From Nanobdellota archaeon (lineage in GTDB: Archaea; Nanobdellota; Nanobdellia; Pacearchaeales; GW2011-AR1): DNA of 64,000 bases. Positions 7,717 through 14,965 of this stretch are shown here, piece by piece. Made by a program: the position numbers and the translations under genes. Positions within the stretch are counted from its first letter, which is position 1. Every line of letters begins with the position of its first letter. The notes under the pieces were generated by a model, which saw only the letters and a program-made list of their open reading frames with translations, was not told the DNA's origin and searched no databases. The DNA lies in contig JAKLDD010000002.1 of NCBI GenBank assembly GCA_022703705.1, forward strand, positions 4,597-68,596, written 5' to 3'.

Positions 7717-8030
7717 AGCGCTGTTCAAGAATGCTTTCTATAAAGAATTTTTGCTATTTTTAATATCGTGTCTAAATCGACGTCGGTATTTTAAAGATTC
7801 ACTTTGTTTGTTTTGTTTTTATTCAACAGAGTGATTTATTTCAGATCAATTAAAAATCTTGCAAGATTAACGAATTGTTATGGGTATAATTTCTATTTAT
7901 TGAAATTATTTGTGTTTGTTTTGTATCTTGTATGTCGATTTTTTGTGATGTTTGAAATTTTTGTGTTTGTTGTTTGTTTTATTGGGTGAATATGATTTGA
8001 TTGTGTGAATATGAATGTGAATTTTAAGTT

Positions 8031-10016
8031 TTAATGTGCATGAACATTTTCTGTTAATCTAATAAATTTTTTCCAGCCTCTTGCATTCTTCTCTTCCTGT
8101 ATTCTAATTAAATCTTTATCCAATAATTTATTTTTTATTATGTTTCCTTTTCTTGTGGATAATTTCATTTTATTATATAGTTCGACTGTGCTATCTTCAT
8201 GAAGAGAATTTTCTATTAAATAAACAATAAAGTCCATTTCTTCTTTATCCAGGGTTTTAAGTATAGGATATTTTTCCATTTTATCTTTTTTTAGATTTAA
8301 CTCAAATTCTTCTTTATTTAATCTTAAATTTATTAAAGAGTTTATTGCTTCCAAAATATCCCTTGAAGTATAACATTTTTCAAATAGCCTTCTCTCAAGA
8401 AGTTCTTCTATTTCCCTTAAACTCCTTCCTTTTTGCAGTTGTTCAGATATAAAAGAACGCAAGATTTCTTGTGTTGGAGTTAAGGTTGATTCAAGTTTAA
8501 CCTCTTCTATTTTCTCTTGCGGTTCCAAGGTTTTTATCTCTAATTTAATTTCTGTAACGGGCACAACTTCTAAGCTTTTTGGATTTGATGGATTAATTAA
8601 AGCTTCTTTGAATTCCGGGTCGTCTTTTTCAACTTCAATACCCTGAACAATACATTCCATTCTCTTTGCAATTATTTTATCATCAATTATTTCATTTCTT
8701 AATTCAGTAAATGGGACCTTTATTGAAAAAGGAAAAGTATACCTTTCTGAAAGTTTAACGACTGCAACCCCCACCGGAAGTTGGGTAAAGAGTTCTTTCT
8801 TTTCAGGAATTTGCATTATTGAACTAATATCATAAACATCTTGAGGTAATTGCTGCTGAAATGCTATATGGCATGCACTGTTTCCTTTTACTGTGTCGCT
8901 CAATTTGGATATATGTTGATCCAAACAGATTAATCCTGTACCATATTCTCTCATTTCTCTATAAACCATGTCTGTCACTGACTCGGATACAAAATAAGTT
9001 TTATTTTTCAAAAATATATTATGTGCTTCATCCACAATAATTGCGTGATTAAAACCTTCTGAGATTTTTAATTGATTTGCTTTTTTTAATTTATACAAAT
9101 AGGTAAGAATAAATTCACAGAAAAATTTCTTTTCAACATTTCCTAAGGAATTTAATTCAAGAATTACTTTTTTGTCGTATAAATCCTCAATTGAAAGACT
9201 TTTCTTACCATCATAATTAATTACTTTCCCAAAATCTCCAAATGTAAGCACTGTTGCTATTCTAAGAGCACTCTCATACCATGTTGCTTCTCTCCCCCTT
9301 GCTTCTCTTGCTTTTATTTCAAGCATTTTTTTTATATGTTGCCAATTAGGGTAATGAGGGGAACCCTTGTAAATGCCCCACCCTTCAAAAACTTCATCTA
9401 ATGTTTCCATTAAAACTTTATGAACTCCAAATGACACGCAAAAACTTTCTGTTAATAAATCGCATAGAACGTTAATCCATTCTCTTGGAGAAATTCCTTT
9501 TGGAGGACGATTGATGTTTGTCCTAAATAGGTTGCTTACTGAATCATTCCCTATTGTAAAACACATTACAGAAGAATCTGCTTTTAAAAGTGGACGGAAA
9601 CTTTTTTTCCAGTCAAATACTAAAAAAGGTTTGTCTTTTTCAACAAATCTTTGAAGAATATTTAAAGCAAGAGTAGTTTTTCCACTTCCACTCATCCCGC
9701 TTATACAAACATGTCTTGGCCAATCATTTTCTCTTAAACAAAAATTATGGAGCTCTTTTCCAGCATAGATCACTCTAGCCAAGTCGTATTCTCCAAGAAC
9801 AAATTTTTCTTCAGGAGGTTCTAACAACAGCTTTTTGTCTAAAAATTTTCCAAGATGTTTTTGATAAAGTGCCCCTAGAACACATAAAATCTGGTTTTTT
9901 TCTTCAAGCGAATCAGAAACAGTATATCTAAAATAAAGTTCATCTATTTTATTTCCTAAAATTGGCTTTAATCTTGAGCTTATTTCCTCTATTGAAAGGG
10001 TTTTTTGAATGGACAT
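8031..10016 (-). CDS. HerA/FtsK/VirB4-superfamily P-loop ATPase (DUF87/AAA_10-like) with C-terminal winged-helix domain (661 aa)
   Basis: Walker A VCISGMSGSGKTTLALN; FLVFDWKKSF; Walker B HAIIVDEAHNIF; GTGLICLDQHISKL. The C-terminal ~90 aa is wHTH-like (EMDFIVYLIEN..STVELYNKMKLSTRKGNIIKNKLLDKDLI). No TM segments. Confidence 0.7.
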   Translation of the reverse strand: MSIQKTLSIEEISSRLKPILGNKIDELYFRYTVSDSLEEKNQILCVLGALYQKHLGKFLDKKLLLEPPEEKFVLGEYDLARVIYAGKELHNFCLRENDWPRHVCISGMSGSGKTTLALNILQRFVEKDKPFLVFDWKKSFRPLLKADSSVMCFTIGNDSVSNLFRTNINRPPKGISPREWINVLCDLLTESFCVSFGVHKVLMETLDEVFEGWGIYKGSPHYPNWQHIKKMLEIKAREARGREATWYESALRIATVLTFGDFGKVINYDGKKSLSIEDLYDKKVILELNSLGNVEKKFFCEFILTYLYKLKKANQLKISEGFNHAIIVDEAHNIFLKNKTYFVSESVTDMVYREMREYGTGLICLDQHISKLSDTVKGNSACHIAFQQQLPQDVYDISSIMQIPEKKELFTQLPVGVAVVKLSERYTFPFSIKVPFTELRNEIIDDKIIAKRMECIVQGIEVEKDDPEFKEALINPSNPKSLEVVPVTEIKLEIKTLEPQEKIEEVKLESTLTPTQEILRSFISEQLQKGRSLREIEELLERRLFEKCYTSRDILEAINSLINLRLNKEEFELNLKKDKMEKYPILKTLDKEEMDFIVYLIENSLHEDSTVELYNKMKLSTRKGNIIKNKLLDKDLIRIQEEKNARGWKKFIRLTENVHAH

Positions 10017-10018
10017 TT

Positions 10019-10513
10019 TTACTTTGTTAAATCCTCCAGATTTTTTGGGTATTCAGAAATATTTGCTCCTAAAATATTTAAAATTCTTAATTGAAAAAAA
10101 TAATATCTTTCTATTTTGGATAGAATTTTTTCTTTAGTTGAATTAAATTTTGAACAAATATACCCTAATTCTCTTTCTTTTTCATCAAGTAAGCAAATTG
10201 CATCATGAAAATTTATACAATCTTGCAAAATTTCTTCGTGCTCCCAAATTTTCTCTTTTTTAAGATTTAACTTTTCTGTATAATCAAAAGGAGCATTCAT
10301 ATCAACAAAACTAAATTTATCCTGAATTTCGGAATTTTTAAGCAAGCTTTTCAATAACTGATGTTTTGACTTATTGTTTGGAGAATCTTCGTAAAAAATT
10401 AAATCATTTACAAAATATTTACAAAAATCCCCTCCAAAAAGAAAATCCTGAGTAGATTCATTATTTAAAAATTTTTCAATTAATATCTCGTGGGGATTTT
10501 TTCCATATTTCAT
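10019..10513 (-). CDS. hypothetical protein (164 aa), operon partner of the ATPase
   Basis: 2-nt gap to the ATPase start and 1-nt gap to the upstream gene. No motif recognised. Confidence 0.6.
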   Translation of the reverse strand: MKYGKNPHEILIEKFLNNESTQDFLFGGDFCKYFVNDLIFYEDSPNNKSKHQLLKSLLKNSEIQDKFSFVDMNAPFDYTEKLNLKKEKIWEHEEILQDCINFHDAICLLDEKERELGYICSKFNSTKEKILSKIERYYFFQLRILNILGANISEYPKNLEDLTK

Positions 10514-10514
10514 T

Positions 10515-10982
10515 TTATTTTCCTTCGTTTAAAATATCATTTAATTCTTTCATCCTGTTTTCTTTTTCACTCAGCTCCTTTTCATATATTCTGAGTTCTT
10601 TTTTCAAGAGCGAAATATCTTTCCAACAATCTATTTTTTCTTTTAATTGTAATTCGGCAATTTCAACCTTTTTATTTCTAAGGGCATTTTTTTCACTTAA
10701 GGCTTCACTCTGTCCGATAGAGGTATTTCTTAAGGTATTTTCATTTGAAAGTATTAAATTTTCAATCTCTAATTTTATTGAATCTCCTTCTTCTATAAAT
10801 TTTTTACTCAATGTTTTTCTATCTTCAATCAGCCTTTTTATCTCAGATATTGCATTTTTCAAAGAACTTATTTTTTCTTGCCCAAGGCTGTTGATTGAAC
10901 TCTCGCTTGAAAAATCGGTTATTTCAGGTTTTTCAAATCCTCTGAGCAATTTTTTGTTGTCCAAAAATCCACTAATTTCCAT
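10515..10982 (-). CDS. coiled-coil protein (155 aa), first gene of the ATPase operon
   Basis: Heptad-rich E/K/L sequence. TATA-like ctttataaag lies ~25-30 nt upstream of the ATG on the minus strand. Confidence 0.6.
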   Translation of the reverse strand: MEISGFLDNKKLLRGFEKPEITDFSSESSINSLGQEKISSLKNAISEIKRLIEDRKTLSKKFIEEGDSIKLEIENLILSNENTLRNTSIGQSEALSEKNALRNKKVEIAELQLKEKIDCWKDISLLKKELRIYEKELSEKENRMKELNDILNEGK

Positions 10983-11073
10983 AATTATTTAGTAGTAACA
11001 TACTTTATAAAGATTACCATTTTATAGCTATTAAATAGTTACATTAGATTAACAATAGAGAAGGTACAAAAGT

Positions 11074-11083
11074 TTTTATAAGA
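11074..11083 (+). promoter_or_regulatory. TATA-like box for tRNA-Leu
   Basis: tttttataag, 27-36 nt upstream of tRNA position 1. Confidence 0.45.
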
Positions 11084-11109
11084 GACTATCAATAAGAATA
11101 ATGGAACAG

Positions 11110-11193
11110 GCGGATGTGCCGGAGTGGTCAAACGGGACAGACTCAAAATCTGTTGGCTTAGTGCCTACGAAGGTTCGAACCCTTTCATCCGCA
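11110..11193 (+). tRNA. tRNA-Leu (anticodon CAA at 11144-11146), long variable arm, no encoded CCA
   Basis: Hand-folded: acceptor GCGGATG/CATCCGC, anticodon stem ACAGA/TCTGT, loop CTCAAAA, variable arm TGGCTTAGTGCCTACG, T-arm GAAGG TTCGAAC CCTTT, discriminator A. Confidence 0.9.
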
Positions 11194-11236
11194 TAGAGAT
11201 GAATTAGAAATTTACAAAATCAAGGGAAAATTTCTT

Positions 11237-11248
11237 TTTCATCCGCAT
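11237..11248 (+). repeat. 12-nt duplicate of the tRNA-Leu 3' end (tttcatccgcat)
   Basis: Identical to 11183-11194, which is the T-stem/acceptor 3' strand plus 1 nt. Confidence 0.7.
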
Positions 11249-11280
11249 CAAAAGGTTTATAAAAGAAATAATTTTTAGCA

Positions 11281-11292
11281 TTTCATCTGCGA
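11281..11292 (+). repeat. degenerate third copy of the tRNA-Leu 3' end (tttcatctgcga)
   Basis: 10/12 match to 11183-11194. Confidence 0.45.
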
Positions 11293-11331
11293 GCGAAAGC
11301 GATAGTAGAGTTAGATTATTCTAAACTTTGC

Positions 11332-11340
11332 TATTTAAAT
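11332..11340 (+). promoter_or_regulatory. TATA-like box for L18e operon (leaderless spacing)
   Basis: tatttaaat, 19-27 nt upstream of the ATG at 11359. Confidence 0.45.
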
Positions 11341-11358
11341 TTCACTTACTTAAATACA

Positions 11359-11727
11359 ATGAAATCAAAAACAAAAATTTCAAAACAATTGGAACGAAAA
11401 GGAAATTCAGAATTAACTAATAGTATACTTGCTGCAAAAAAAAATAATTCTTGGGTGGAGGTAGCAGGATTGCTTTCTAGACCAAGAAGAAAAAGAATAA
11501 ACTTCAACTTGGATGAAATAAATCAAAAATGCAATGAAGGAGAGAGTATAATCATCCCCGGAAAAGTTCTTTCTCAAGGAAAAATAGAAAAAAAAATAAA
11601 AATAATTGCATTTAATTTCTCCGAAAAAGCAAAAGAAAAATTATTAAGTTCAAAATGCCAAATTACATACATCTCAGATGAAATTAAATCAAACCCTTCT
11701 GCAAAAGGATTGAAAATATTAAAATGA
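11359..11727 (+). CDS. rpl18e: 50S ribosomal protein L18e
   Basis: LLSRPRRKRINFNLDEIN..IIIPGKVLSQG; starts the conserved L18e-L13-S9 order. Confidence 0.88.
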   Translation: MKSKTKISKQLERKGNSELTNSILAAKKNNSWVEVAGLLSRPRRKRINFNLDEINQKCNEGESIIIPGKVLSQGKIEKKIKIIAFNFSEKAKEKLLSSKCQITYISDEIKSNPSAKGLKILK

Positions 11728-12113
11728 TAATCGATGGAAAAAACACTGTTCTTGGAAGATTAGCTAGCTATGCAGCTAAAGAAGCTCTTAAAGGAGAAGA
11801 GATAATTATTGTAAATTGCAATCACGTTATAATTAGCGGGAATAGAAAAAATATTATCAATGAGTTTCAACAAAAAAGAAAGAGGGTCGGTTTTTCACAA
11901 AAAGGCCCAAAATATTCTAAGGACAACGAAAAAATAGTTAAAAAAACAATACGAGGAATGCTTCCAGACCATCGAGAAGGTAGAGGAAGAATTGCTTTTA
12001 AAAAAATAAAATGTTATCAAGAAACTCCAGAAAAGTATTTAGATTCAAAAAAAGTTTCTTTAAATACAGGGGATAAAAATAAATTTATTGAAGTTCAGGA
12101 AGTTTTCAAATGA
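11724..12113 (+). CDS. rpl13: 50S ribosomal protein L13 (uL13)
   Basis: IIDGKNTVLGRLASYAAKEALKGEEIIIVNCNHVIISG..; ATGA overlap with L18e. Confidence 0.9.
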   Translation: MIIDGKNTVLGRLASYAAKEALKGEEIIIVNCNHVIISGNRKNIINEFQQKRKRVGFSQKGPKYSKDNEKIVKKTIRGMLPDHREGRGRIAFKKIKCYQETPEKYLDSKKVSLNTGDKNKFIEVQEVFK

Positions 12114-12511
12114 ATAAAATTGTTACATCTGGAAAAAGAAAAACTGCAATTGCGCGAGCAATTTTAACAGAAGGGGATGGAAAAATAAGTATAAATCATA
12201 GAAATTATGAGCATCTTCACGAATTTGATATTTTAAGAATGAAAGAACCTTTGAAAATAGCCGAAAATGTCCTTGGAAAAATGAATTTTAATGTGGATAT
12301 TCTTGTTCATGGGGGCGGTGAAAAAAGCCAGATAGAAGCTGCAAGACTTGCTTTAGCAAGAGCAATTGTAAAATTTACAAATTCAGAAAAACTAGAAAAA
12401 GAATATTTAGATTATGATAGGAACCTTCTTGTTGCGGACGTTAGAAGAAAAGAACCAAATAAGCCCGGAGATTCAAAAGCACGTGCTAAGCGTCAAACTT
12501 CTTTCAGATAA
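12110..12511 (+). CDS. rps9: 30S ribosomal protein S9 (uS9)
   Basis: GKRKTAIARA.., GGGEKSQIEAARLALARA.., C-terminus KARAKRQTSFR; ATGA overlap with L13. Confidence 0.92.
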   Translation: MNKIVTSGKRKTAIARAILTEGDGKISINHRNYEHLHEFDILRMKEPLKIAENVLGKMNFNVDILVHGGGEKSQIEAARLALARAIVKFTNSEKLEKEYLDYDRNLLVADVRRKEPNKPGDSKARAKRQTSFR

Positions 12512-12553
12512 GCAAAAAGCAAGATTTATTAATGGTATTTTCTTAATATTAAA

Positions 12554-12853
12554 ATGGAAAAGAGGCGTAAAAAAAAGAGAAAAATAAAAGCAGAAGAAGT
12601 TTGGATGAGAATTCCTGTTTTTATTATTGCAGGTATAATGTTATATGTTTGGGGATTCTTTGTACTTTGCTTTTCGCTTGCACAATTCATAATTATTTTA
12701 ATCGACGATAAAAAAAATAAAGAATTGGTCCGTTTATGTCGTTTATTTAATATCCAAGCATATGATTTTATGAATTATATCACCTTTGTATCTGAAAGAA
12801 GACCTTTTCCATTTGGACATTTTCAAAAAAGTGTTCCTGATTTAATAGAATAA
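12554..12853 (+). CDS. small membrane protein (99 aa)
   Basis: Basic N-terminus, then IPVFIIAGIMLYVWGFFVLCFSLAQFIIIL. It occupies the position where rpoN/rpoK normally follow S9. Confidence 0.5.
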   Translation: MEKRRKKKRKIKAEEVWMRIPVFIIAGIMLYVWGFFVLCFSLAQFIIILIDDKKNKELVRLCRLFNIQAYDFMNYITFVSERRPFPFGHFQKSVPDLIE

Positions 12854-13279
12854 TTAAAAATTATTTTTCTTTTCTAGTTTATCTAATTTATCTTGAACAT
12901 GATTAAAAAGAGTTGTTGAAATAATTGGGGGGTGTTTTCCTTCAGAAATTTGCCCATCAAACCTAACTTTACCAACATAAACAAAATTTCTTAAAATTTT
13001 TTTTAATCCATTAACTGAAAAATTATGCTTTTCTGCAATTTTAGACAAGTTCATTTCTGGATTCAAAAACTCTTCAAAAATTTCTTCTACTTCTCTGTAG
13101 TTTTGCGCTAAAATCAATGTTTTTTCTTTAAAATCCCATTCATATCCGAAAGGGGATCTCGACATATGTTTTCCTTCAGAAAATTTTTTTAGCATTCCCT
13201 TTTTTTGAGATTTTCCTCGATCTTCCAATTCAGGTTTTAATTCTATTTCAAATTCGTGTCCACATTTAGGGCATTTCAT
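12854..13279 (-). CDS. Zn-ribbon plus serine-recombinase 'Recombinase' (DNA-binding) domain protein, lacking the catalytic resolvase domain
   Basis: N-terminal CPKCGHEF. SPFGYEW..LILAQNYREVEEIFEEFLNPEMNLSKIAEKHNFSVNGLKKILRNFVYVGKV matches the PFGY..EA..V..IF..SL..IA..LN...I..IL.N..Y.G pattern of PF07508. ATGA overlap with the xerA stop. Confidence 0.65.
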   Translation of the reverse strand: MKCPKCGHEFEIELKPELEDRGKSQKKGMLKKFSEGKHMSRSPFGYEWDFKEKTLILAQNYREVEEIFEEFLNPEMNLSKIAEKHNFSVNGLKKILRNFVYVGKVRFDGQISEGKHPPIISTTLFNHVQDKLDKLEKKNNF

Positions 13280-14109
13280 TTCATTAATTCATCTATAGGG
13301 GATTTTATCTTCTTTAATTCTTCTGTTGATATATGAGTATAAATTTGTGTTGTTGAAAGATCTGCATGCCCAAGCAATTCTTGTATTTTTCTTATATCCG
13401 TCCCGTTTTCTAAAAGATGGGTGGCAAAACTATGCCTCAAAGTATGGCAATGAATTTCCTTGTTTATTCCTGCTCTTTTTGCTGCTTTTGAAACAATTTT
13501 TTGCAAATTTCTCTCTGAAAGTTTTCCTTTTATTCCAGTAAATAAATATATTTCTTTTTTTTCTTTCTGCTTTTCTACTTGTTTTTTTAAATCTTCTAAT
13601 AAAAAATCTGGAATGTTAAAAATTCTATCTTTTTTTCCTTTTCCTTGAAGAATTTTTCCTGTTTTTTCATTAAAGTCCAAGTCCCCAATTTTTAAATTGA
13701 TTAATTCGGATACCCTAAACCCACAGGCATACATTAAAGAAACCATAATTTTTGATTTTTTCGTGTCCAATACTTCAAATAATTTTTTTGCTTCTTCTTT
13801 TGTTAAAACCGTGGGCAATCTCTTTTCTCTTTTTGGACGTTTAATTCCCAGGGTAATGTCTTTTTTTAATATACCTAAAAAAGAATATTTTAAAGCTGAA
13901 AGAAAAATAATTATGGATGAGGAAGCTTTATCAGAAAGATTCTCTGAAATATATAATTTTACATCATCTGATTCTATTTTCTCTGGATTTTTTTTTATAA
14001 ATTCAAGAAATTTTTTATTTGAATCCAAATAATTTCTCAGTGTATATAATGAATTTTTTGAAATTTTCAGTTCAACCTCTAATTTTTTTAAAAAATCTTC
14101 TGGAGTCAT
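13276..14109 (-). CDS. xerA: tyrosine recombinase XerA/XerC/XerD family
   Basis: 277 aa. ACGFRVSEL (Arg I), HTLRHSFATHLL (H-x-x-R), LGHADLSTTQIYTH (catalytic Tyr), N-terminal SAM-like core-binding domain. Confidence 0.9.
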   Translation of the reverse strand: MTPEDFLKKLEVELKISKNSLYTLRNYLDSNKKFLEFIKKNPEKIESDDVKLYISENLSDKASSSIIIFLSALKYSFLGILKKDITLGIKRPKREKRLPTVLTKEEAKKLFEVLDTKKSKIMVSLMYACGFRVSELINLKIGDLDFNEKTGKILQGKGKKDRIFNIPDFLLEDLKKQVEKQKEKKEIYLFTGIKGKLSERNLQKIVSKAAKRAGINKEIHCHTLRHSFATHLLENGTDIRKIQELLGHADLSTTQIYTHISTEELKKIKSPIDELMK

Positions 14110-14124
14110 TTTTATCTTAAAAGA

Positions 14125-14135
14125 ATTGTACGAAC
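14125..14135 (-). promoter_or_regulatory. Xer half-site (GTTCGTACAAT) between the xerA TATA-like box and start codon
   Basis: The 11-mer is identical to 17685-17695 and nearly identical to both arms of the dif-like site. A TATA-like tatttaaa (minus strand, 14139-14146) lies upstream, and the ATG is at 14109. Confidence 0.55.
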
Positions 14136-14156
14136 TTCTTTAAATAGTTTTAGACT

Positions 14157-14303
14157 CTATTTTTTAAGGAGTTCTTTTTGATTAATCAAAACCAAAATAA
14201 CTGCTCCAATTAAAAAAAGCCAATTAACTAAGATAGCTAAAACAATAAACCCTATTGCAAGTAAAGAAAACCAAAATACTTTGGGATATTTTAGAAATTT
14301 CAT
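14157..14303 (-). CDS. small membrane protein (48 aa), below the ORF-track cutoff
   Basis: Hand translation: MKFLKYPKVFWFSLLAIGFIVLAILVNWLFLIGAVILVLINQKELLKK*. Confidence 0.35.
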   Translation of the reverse strand: MKFLKYPKVFWFSLLAIGFIVLAILVNWLFLIGAVILVLINQKELLKK

Positions 14304-14383
14304 AGGGAGGAGAGTTCATAGAGATATTTAAACTATCTTCTTGGAACAATAATTTTTAAAAAATAGAAAAAATTGGGATTAAA

Positions 14384-14911
14384 ATGAGAGACTCAAATAA
14401 AAAAATTCTTGTAATTGCTTTAGCTTTACTCTTTATAGCAATTGTTTTAATTTTACTCATTTCAAGTTTAGTCAAACAAAAAGAGAAAGAGGAGAGAGTT
14501 GGGGTGCCAACATCTTTTGCTGTTTCAGAAAATCAAGATTATTCTAGCCACATTCAAGGAAAGAATTATTACTATTATGATTATAATCATCGGCATGAGA
14601 TAAATTATTATAACCTTGATCAACAAAAAACTGAAAAAAGAACTGATTTTTCTTATTATGGGAGAAAAGAACAACAAAAAGACATTTTTGGGAGTTATAT
14701 TACTAAGTATGTTGTTTCTGTCCAAAACAAGGAAAATGTTGGAGATTATTTTACAGTTACATTTAATTTTAAAAATCAAAGGGGATTTGAATATTCTGAA
14801 GCAGTAACTCAGTATTTAAAAGCAGGAGAGAAAAAAGAATTTGTTTATAAAGATGTTCAATTTGAAAGGACAGAAATCTTAAGCTGGAGCTATAGAGTTA
14901 AACAGGTATAA
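14384..14911 (+). CDS. N-terminally anchored extracellular protein (175 aa)
   Basis: Signal-anchor ILVIALALLFIAIVLILLISSL, a Tyr/Asn-rich segment, and a beta-rich C-terminus. Confidence 0.6.
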   Translation: MRDSNKKILVIALALLFIAIVLILLISSLVKQKEKEERVGVPTSFAVSENQDYSSHIQGKNYYYYDYNHRHEINYYNLDQQKTEKRTDFSYYGRKEQQKDIFGSYITKYVVSVQNKENVGDYFTVTFNFKNQRGFEYSEAVTQYLKAGEKKEFVYKDVQFERTEILSWSYRVKQV

Positions 14912-14927
14912 ATAAGCTATTTTTAGT

Positions 14928-14955
14928 GGTTCGTATAATGTATATTGTACGAAGC
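14928..14955. other. dif: dif-like Xer recombination site GGTTCGTATAA-TGTATA-TTGTACGAAGC
   Basis: 11-6-11 architecture with near-palindromic arms. It shares 20/28 identity with E. coli dif (GGTGCGCATAATGTATATTATGTTAAAT, from memory), including the identical TGTATA spacer and 17 of the first 19 nt. Located 0.8 kb from xerA. Confidence 0.75.
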
Positions 14956-14965
14956 TTTACCTATT

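Larger units (their letters stand above)
3207..11109. other. ~7.9 kb insertion (genomic island) between rpoD and tRNA-Leu/L18e
   Basis: All 13 genes here are on the minus strand, opposite to the flanking plus-strand rpoD and L18e-L13-S9, which are contiguous in most archaea (established synteny). Content is secreted/membrane proteins plus an ATPase operon. Confidence 0.6.

Noticed and set aside
7804-7989. 61-aa ORF (MFVLFLFNRVIYF...) in the G/T-skewed spacer
   Set aside because: It is a by-product of a C-free, T-rich tract (F/V/L/C codons) with no start context. The region is treated as non-coding.
3229-11060. GATTAAC-containing motif at 3229-3240, 7863-7872 and 11045-11056 as island boundary repeats
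   Set aside because: A 7-9-mer of this composition is expected by chance several times in AT-rich DNA, and the flanking sequence is not conserved.
3207-11109. Interpretation of the island as a pleolipovirus-like or other provirus (membrane proteins, spike-like lipoproteins, P-loop ATPase next to a tRNA)
   Set aside because: There is no integrase within the island, no recognisable capsid, spike or Rep genes, no flanking att repeats at the island ends, and the island lies on the 5' side of the tRNA. It is kept only as a remote possibility.
11194-11300. Possible split-tRNA 3' half or second tRNA downstream of tRNA-Leu
   Set aside because: Only the acceptor 3' strand (12 nt) is duplicated. No T-arm (GTTCGAATC) or complementary leader is present.
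13326-14032. Plus-strand ORFs 13326..13541, 13460..13648 and 13697..14032
   Set aside because: All lie antisense within the clearly recognisable xerA gene and have F/L/S-rich nonsense composition.
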